This document shows positions 39,758 through 45,934 of a stretch of DNA of 45,934 nucleotides, piece after piece. Position 1 is the stretch's first letter. Every line of letters begins with the position of its first letter. The DNA is from Chromera velia (lineage: Eukaryota). Below the pieces are notes generated by a model. It was not told where the DNA came from. It saw nothing but the letters and a program-made list of their open reading frames with translations, and did not search any database. Location: the NCBI GenBank assembly GCA_018398765.1, contig JAHBMJ010000490.1, forward strand, positions 1 to 45,934, read 5' to 3'. The position numbers were made by a program, and so were the translations under genes.

Positions 39758-39991
39758 GACCTCCCTAAATCTAACTACCACTTAAAAGTTTAAGCCGCAT
39801 TTTTGGATAAGCTTGAAAGTCTGTGCCGCAGGCGCGGATCATTTACGGTGTCTTGAAAGCCAAAGCCGCATATCTGAATGGTGTTTTGACCATCCACACC
39901 GCAGGCGTGAACAGTCTCTTGAAAGACAATGCCACACATAGAGATCATCTTGATTATATTTTTTCAAGTGGCACTTAGGTTCAGGGAGGTT
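39758..39991 (-). mobile_element. MITE family B, copy 2 (234 bp, inverted), 8-bp TSD GGTCGAAG
   Basis: Reverse complement aligns end to end with 35452-35685; TSD at 39750-39757 and 39992-39999. Confidence 0.93.
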
Positions 39992-40389
39992 GGTCGAAGA
40001 TGCACTCGGTATGGGCCCTCATTGCTTGTCAGTTTTCTTTCCTTCGTCTTCTTGATACGTACTACATACAAGCATGGCACTCATCCGTCCAGGGGGCAAC
40101 AAATGCAGAGGGCCTCGCCTCTTCTGGCTCGTGAGATTGTGTCTGCATGCCTGTTCGCCTGTCGCTGTCCGTCTGTCTGTATGAATGCGGTGAAGGAGGT
40201 GAAGGAAGAATGATACGGTCCGTCTGTCTGTGTGAATGCGGTGAAGGTGAGGGAAGAATGATACGGTCTGTGTGTCTGTCCGTCTGTTTATGGAGCGAAA
40301 AAGAAGAACAGGAAAACATTTAGTCTGTCTTTCTGTCTGTTTGTGTGCGTTTGTGTAGACGTGTATGCGTGTGTCTGTGTGGAGGAGGG

Positions 40390-42420
40390 TCACTGGCTCT
40401 GATTCCTCTGGCCATGGGTCTCTCTGTCGAGCCGTCCCAACCTGCCTGGGAGGGCGTCGGAGCGCAGGATCTCACTCGCGCGGCAAATTTGCAAAGGATT
40501 ATCCATTTGCATTCTTTCTTCCTTGTTGCCCTTGTTTCTTTCTGCTGCGTGTTGCTGTCTGCAGCTTTCACTCCCTTCTTGTCCATCCTCGTTGATCCCT
40601 GTGCCTTTGCCTCCAATTTCGAGGAGCGGCATTCGATTGTGCACAACCCGTGCTGGCTCGAGGAGGAATCTCCTGATGAATTGGTGTCCAGGGGTGACCT
40701 TCTGGAGTCTCCCCTGTTTGCACCGATGGCCTTCGAAGTACATCGGGGGGGAGGACGGGAGCCTAAGGTGGTGCTTCCATCCACAGAGTTCAGACAGGCT
40801 GGCAACAGGAATAGAGAAGTCTGTCACCATGTCTGCACACAACAGGGTCAGTCAGTCAGTGCGAATAGATCCTCTTTGTGATCAATTGATATTTCGGCCA
40901 ACGCTTCTCTCCTTCTGTAGGACGTAATGTTTGATTGCTTTCTTTCATTGATTCGTTCATTTATCTATTCATCCATTCCCCTATTCATCCGTTCAATCAT
41001 TCCTTCACTTATTCATCTATTTCATCCGTCTATTCATCCGTTCATTGATGCATACATCCATTCATTGACTCACTCACTCACTCATTCATGCATTCACATG
41101 GATTTATTCATCTATCCATTCATTCATTCGTTCATTCATCCATTCATTCATCCAATCATTCATTCATTCGTTCATTCGTTTTCTGCTTCATAGGGACTCG
41201 ACATCCGTCTTCGTTAGCGTCCTCCAGAGCAAGTGCATGCACGGTGTTTCCTCCAATCGTTCTCCATCTTTGTCTTTCCGATCTCTGTGCCTAACCCTTC
41301 TCCCTCTCTGTGCATCCTCCAATCGCTTCTCCCTCAGTCCAATATCAGAAAGAACGGGAAAACACCGTGAAACATGCTAATATCAATGAGATAGCCGTTG
41401 CATTGTACAAACTCACTGCATGCTAGACTCACTGTTCACACAGCAAACGGACCTGGGCGTTTTCGACCTGGGCATCTTCTTGCACACCCTCCACCAGATC
41501 CTCTGCCTCATCGTCGAGAGTGGCAAAAAGGTGCAGAGTGGCAGGCCCTCCTCCCACTCCCAACGAGCCGGGGACAACCGCAGAGATAGGCCCCCCCCTC
41601 TTCCCACTCGCAGGGGACAAGCTCGAACGACGGCCCGTCTCCTTCGCACCGGACCGAAGGAAGTGTGAACGATCTCCTCTTTCGGGTCATCTGCAGGAAC
41701 AGAGATGCGCAGAAGTCACCCAATAAATATGTATGGGCTGTGGATCACGAGATATGAACCACGATGTTGAAAGGAGAAGACACAATGCAGAGGGCCACAC
41801 AGGTAGCTTCTCTTGCATAGATGGAGGGAGGAGATGTGGTCAGTTAGTGGTCCCGGACCGGCAAGTATCGAGGCAGAGAGGGAGAATTCAGAAATGCGGA
41901 AGGCAAACTGTCAACCTTAGAATGCAGCCTCAAACAACAAGACACCCAAACCTCCTGGTCAGTTAGTCAGTCAGCCGGTTAGGGAATGAGTCAGCCGCCA
42001 CACATACACACAGATGGGGGTTGGGGGGGGGGGCAGACAGACAGACACAGCAGGCAGACAGAAAGACAGACTACACAGAGAGAGGGAGAGAACCCTGAAG
42101 AAAGAAGCAAAAAAAGAAGGGGACGAATGCCAAGAAAGGGAAAGAGCGAAAAAATGTTGGACCAAGTCAGTGCCACCAGGCATCACCAGGCCCTACGAGA
42201 AGAGGCTGGATGAAGGGAGTGGTAGTAAAAACTTGCAGTCAGACTCATCCAGCTTATACACAGCAGGACAACCGCTGAATGGATGGAGGGGTGAAGCACG
42301 CGCGCAAGAACGAAAATCCCAATAGCCCCAAATCCGTTTCCACGACCCCCCATTCCTTGGAATCTCATTACCGTGTACTACCATATTAGGCATCCCGTAG
42401 CATGTGCACAAACCCGCCAA
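40390..42420 (-). pseudogene. Possible multi-exon gene or pseudogene of unknown function
   Basis: Exon-like stretches (~42420-42150, 41690-41417, 40831-40477) separated by microsatellite introns; in-frame TAG in ...SSSLFS*GLVMPGG. Confidence 0.35.
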
Positions 42421-43263
42421 CCCTTGACCAACCCTTCTGCATTCGCTCGGGGTTGTCAGCCTCCCCGTAGTATGCCTTGGAATGGACCCTTCCCACCGTA
42501 AAAATCGAGCAACAAAGAAAGTGTAGAAAAAAATCAAAGGAACATATATAGGGTGTTGTTGTAGAAAGGGCTACTCAATCTCTCTTTCTCTATCTGTCTC
42601 CCTTTCCAAACGTTCCATCATGTTCATCGGATCGATTTTCACGAAGATCTAAAAAACGATCTTTTTGCACCACTTTCTCGATCCACGCACGTCTTCTTCC
42701 GAGACCCAATCAAATCTTTGTAGGTGACACTTGAAGAACCCGCTTAGCTTTCGATCCTCTTTGCAACACACGGTTGCTTCTGACATGCATGCGCTGACCA
42801 AACTTTGTCATGCACCAAAATTGCACCAAAGCGACTCACAGGCCGGTGTCAAAAACGGCCCCGGAAAGTTTGGGCGTGATTGGATTTTTGCGCTTTCCGG
42901 GGTCGCTCGCACGCTTGCGTGCGTCAGATGGTCTCACAATGTCTGTGTTGGAGCCTGAAGGTTTGATCCCTAGCTTGTTTCTTGCAAGTTCCCAAAAACT
43001 TGGTCGGTCGACCTTGCGGTACATAGGGAGAGAAGGGGATTTGCTTGGTGTGCTCAAACTTGTGCATGCTCTTTCTTCCAGTTTTTTGTCAAGACACCGA
43101 TTTTTGTGGGGCGATGCCAACGCTTTGAAGTGCCTGCCTCCGCATTTCGTGACATCGGAGTTCTTGGTTCAGAGTGGCAGCCCAAGAAGAATTTTGGGCT
43201 GGGGAGGAAAAAGAGACACGCAAGTTGTTTTTTTCTTCACCTTTTCTGCTGGACTGAGTGAGC

Positions 43264-44477
43264 ATGGAAGTGGAGACGGATGAAGTTATGGAAGCTGGGG
43301 GGGGCCCTATCCCCATGACAGTCAGCGCTCTGGACCAGGTCAAAGCAGAAATATTTGGAGATGAGACAGTAAAAGATTTGGACTCTCCCAAGGCACTCAC
43401 CTATGCTACTTGGATGCTCTTAAAGTCCTTGGACGCCGCAGAGGCGGTCAAGGAAAGGCTGCAGGTCCTTCTTTTTCCTGAAGGAATTCCTGAAAGGTGA
43501 GAGGGAGATAGGGTGCAGGGGCCCCCCCTTTCTCCCTCCATCCTCTGTCTCTTCCTGCCTTCGGCTCGAGTCCGCCTGCCTGCTCGTGATGTAGAATTTT
43601 GCTGCGCTGCCTGCTTTTCCTGTATGCGACTTATGGGTTCCGGTCTCTGCCTCTCTCTTGTATTGTTGCAAAGAGAAACTTGCACTGCAGGGGGCGAGAA
43701 GTTTTTTTTTGTTGTTGCTTCTATGCAACCCCTGTCCCTGTGTACCGCTGCAGGGAGTCGGATAGCTGTACTGAGGGACACGCAGTTCGAGAGCTGTTCA
43801 TAAGGAGTCTCAGCTTCCGCCGTCTCCTAGCGATTCTCCGCTGGCTGAGGTGGCTTGACGTTCTGATCTACAGACGGAACTTGGTTGTCCCGGAAGAATT
43901 GCAAAAGAGACCCATGTACAGTGAGTCCATGGCCAAGCTCAGAGACGGTCGGTCAGCCCTCTCCTCTCCGCCTCTCCCCTCTTCTCACAAATACCGTCTC
44001 TTCCTCACTCTCACAGACGCCATCCCTCTTATTCTCTCTGGTCACGCAAACACTGTGATGAAGGGGTGTCGTGGTGCGCAGAATTTGTTGTGCCAATGTT
44101 TGTCAAGATTTCGTACCTGGAGAGAAAATTCCGCAGTTGGACCCACAAAGAGACCTAGGCCAGTGTAGCGCAGGTATGCCCGTGAGGAAAAAGAGAGAGA
44201 GACCCATCGTGTTCAGACACACAAACTGGGTGGTGCTCGGAACGATGTAAACACAAAAGGTACACTTGTGAACACGTACACACACAGGCACGACACACAG
44301 CGCGCGCACACACACAAACACACACACACCCACACACAGAATGTCAAGTTGTGTGGTTTGATCAGGATGAGAAAGAAATGGCAGTGTAAAGTTTTCTTCA
44401 TATCTGCGACGCTGTAGAAAGAACGAAAAAAATCCTCGAGCGGACTCACGAGCAGCTGACGATCGCCCGATCGGTCA

Positions 44478-44521
<44 letters not shown>

Positions 44522-45697
44522 AGGCAGTGAGTGACGCCATCAGCATAATTTTCGCATGATGTCGAGAAGACCAGAAGTCTGTTCGCATTGATCATTTCGT
44601 CTCTCTTGCGTCGCCTTTTTGCCCCTTTTCTTTTAATTCTTTTGGTCTGTACTTCTGCCGTTGACGAAGGTCTTGAGCAGAAGAATGAAAGGCCAGGCCA
44701 ATCTGCTGAGCGGAAAGGGCCCGTGACTCCTTCAGAAAGCTGAATGTCTCGCCGATATCCTCCACTAGACAATGTCCTTGAACAAGAGTCTGTGTGGACC
44801 TATGAACGCGCCCGTTCATTCCAGATCAAGGAGACTGTTTTTTCTTTTGTGTCCGTAACAAACTTGGGTCTTTCCGTCTTCTCCCCTTTCCTCCTGATGT
44901 TCTCTTCCTTCCTTCCTTCCTTCCTTCCTTCCTTCCTTCCCTGATGTCTCAGATGATGCCCGTGTATGCGGTTGGCTCATAATCATCATCTCTCGATACG
45001 CTCATAATCATCATCTCTCGATACGCACTCACCATAATCATCATCTCTCGATACGCACTCACCTTCCTCTTGCCTGCTTGCATGGTTCCTTCCTCCCTTC
45101 CTTTTGTCCTGTTCGGTGCATCCATCCATGCAGACGGGGGCATGGAGGAGACCAGCTACGCATGGTTCCACCCCGACTGGCCCCTCCACCACCGGAACCT
45201 GATGGTGGGTCGGCCTGCCTGCGACGGGCTTCCTTGAAGTACATGACGTTGGGCTCCCACCGTTTGTAGTGTGTCTTTCAGTGAATCGTTTTTCAGGGAA
45301 GAAATCTCTTGCAGAATCACCTCACCCTCAACCTCTCTCTCGGACAGTCGAAAGAACAAGAAGAGATGTGGAGGGAACAAGAGAGAGAAGGATGGATCTC
45401 TGCTGTGTCTCTTGTCTCCTCTCATTCGGCATCAGCCAAAGACCATTTCTTGTTTACCAACGATTCATTCTTTTCCTTTTGCAGAGCGAGCGCGACAAGA
45501 CAAAGGAGGACCTGTTTTTCCTCGAGATCTCAAGACTCGTCAGAAGAGGGGAGTGGAAGAGGGCCTTCGAGAGATGTGCACAGGAACAGATGCAATGGGT
45601 TTTCGCGCTCATCGGATGTCAGTTTGCTCTCTCTCCTGTGTGCATGCATGCGTGGAACATGTCCACATGGCACAAGAGAATTGGGGGAGCGAGACAG
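43264..45697 (+). CDS. NUP107: Nup107/Nup84-like nucleoporin, 5' part (continues beyond the window); exons 43264-43496, 43754-43947, 44108-44173, 45485-45697
   Basis: Ordered motifs TWMLLKSL, RRLLAILRWL, QLDPQ and EDLFFLEISRLVRRGEWKRAFERCAQEQMQWVFALIG resemble the Nup84/Nup107 pattern (TWxLL, VVxWLE, LDPD, LIRxGxxxEAxxxCxxxGQxWRA); first three exons are phase-compatible; recognised from memory only. Confidence 0.65.
44976..45062. repeat. Short tandem repeat, 3 copies of CATAATCATCATCTCTCGATACGC
   Basis: Directly visible. Confidence 0.9.
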
Positions 45698-45861
45698 GTG
45701 ATAGGCTTTCTGTCTGTCGGTTGCTTGGAAGGAAAAAAAAAAAAAAAACGTATGGCCTCTCTCTCTCCCTCCCCCTCTCTCCCTCTCTCCTTTCTTTGTG
45801 TGTGAGTGTGTGTGTGTGTGTGTGTCCGTGTGTGTGTATGTGTGTGTGTGCGTGCGTGTGA

Positions 45862-45897
<36 letters not shown>

Positions 45898-45934
45898 GCG
45901 TGTGTAGGTGTGTGTAGGGGTGTGTGTGTGTGTG

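Noticed and set aside
35452..39991. A single 4.5-kb element with long TIRs
   Set aside because: Each 234-bp copy has its own TIRs and a distinct 8-bp TSD

Overview
Eukaryotic genomic DNA with intron-rich genes (GT-AG introns packed with microsatellites), TGCATGCA motifs upstream of genes and several assembly gaps. The style suggests an apicomplexan or chromerid alveolate (inference). Recognisable genes: a HAS1/DDX18 DEAD-box helicase (-), a Nup107/Nup84-like nucleoporin running off the right edge (+), a degraded SET-domain methyltransferase (-) and an intronless secreted Pro/acidic-rich protein (+). There are also two large multi-exon genes of unknown function and a small ORF. The 27.6-40 kb interval is a nest of at least four non-autonomous TIR transposon families plus a 41-bp minisatellite. 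The most interesting observations are: (i) a two-copy ~240-nt highly structured RNA-like element upstream of both large unknown genes; (ii) a composite of two directly repeated MITEs with swapped flanks that appears to interrupt the SET gene; (iii) a strong transition/TpA bias in repeats resembling RIP.
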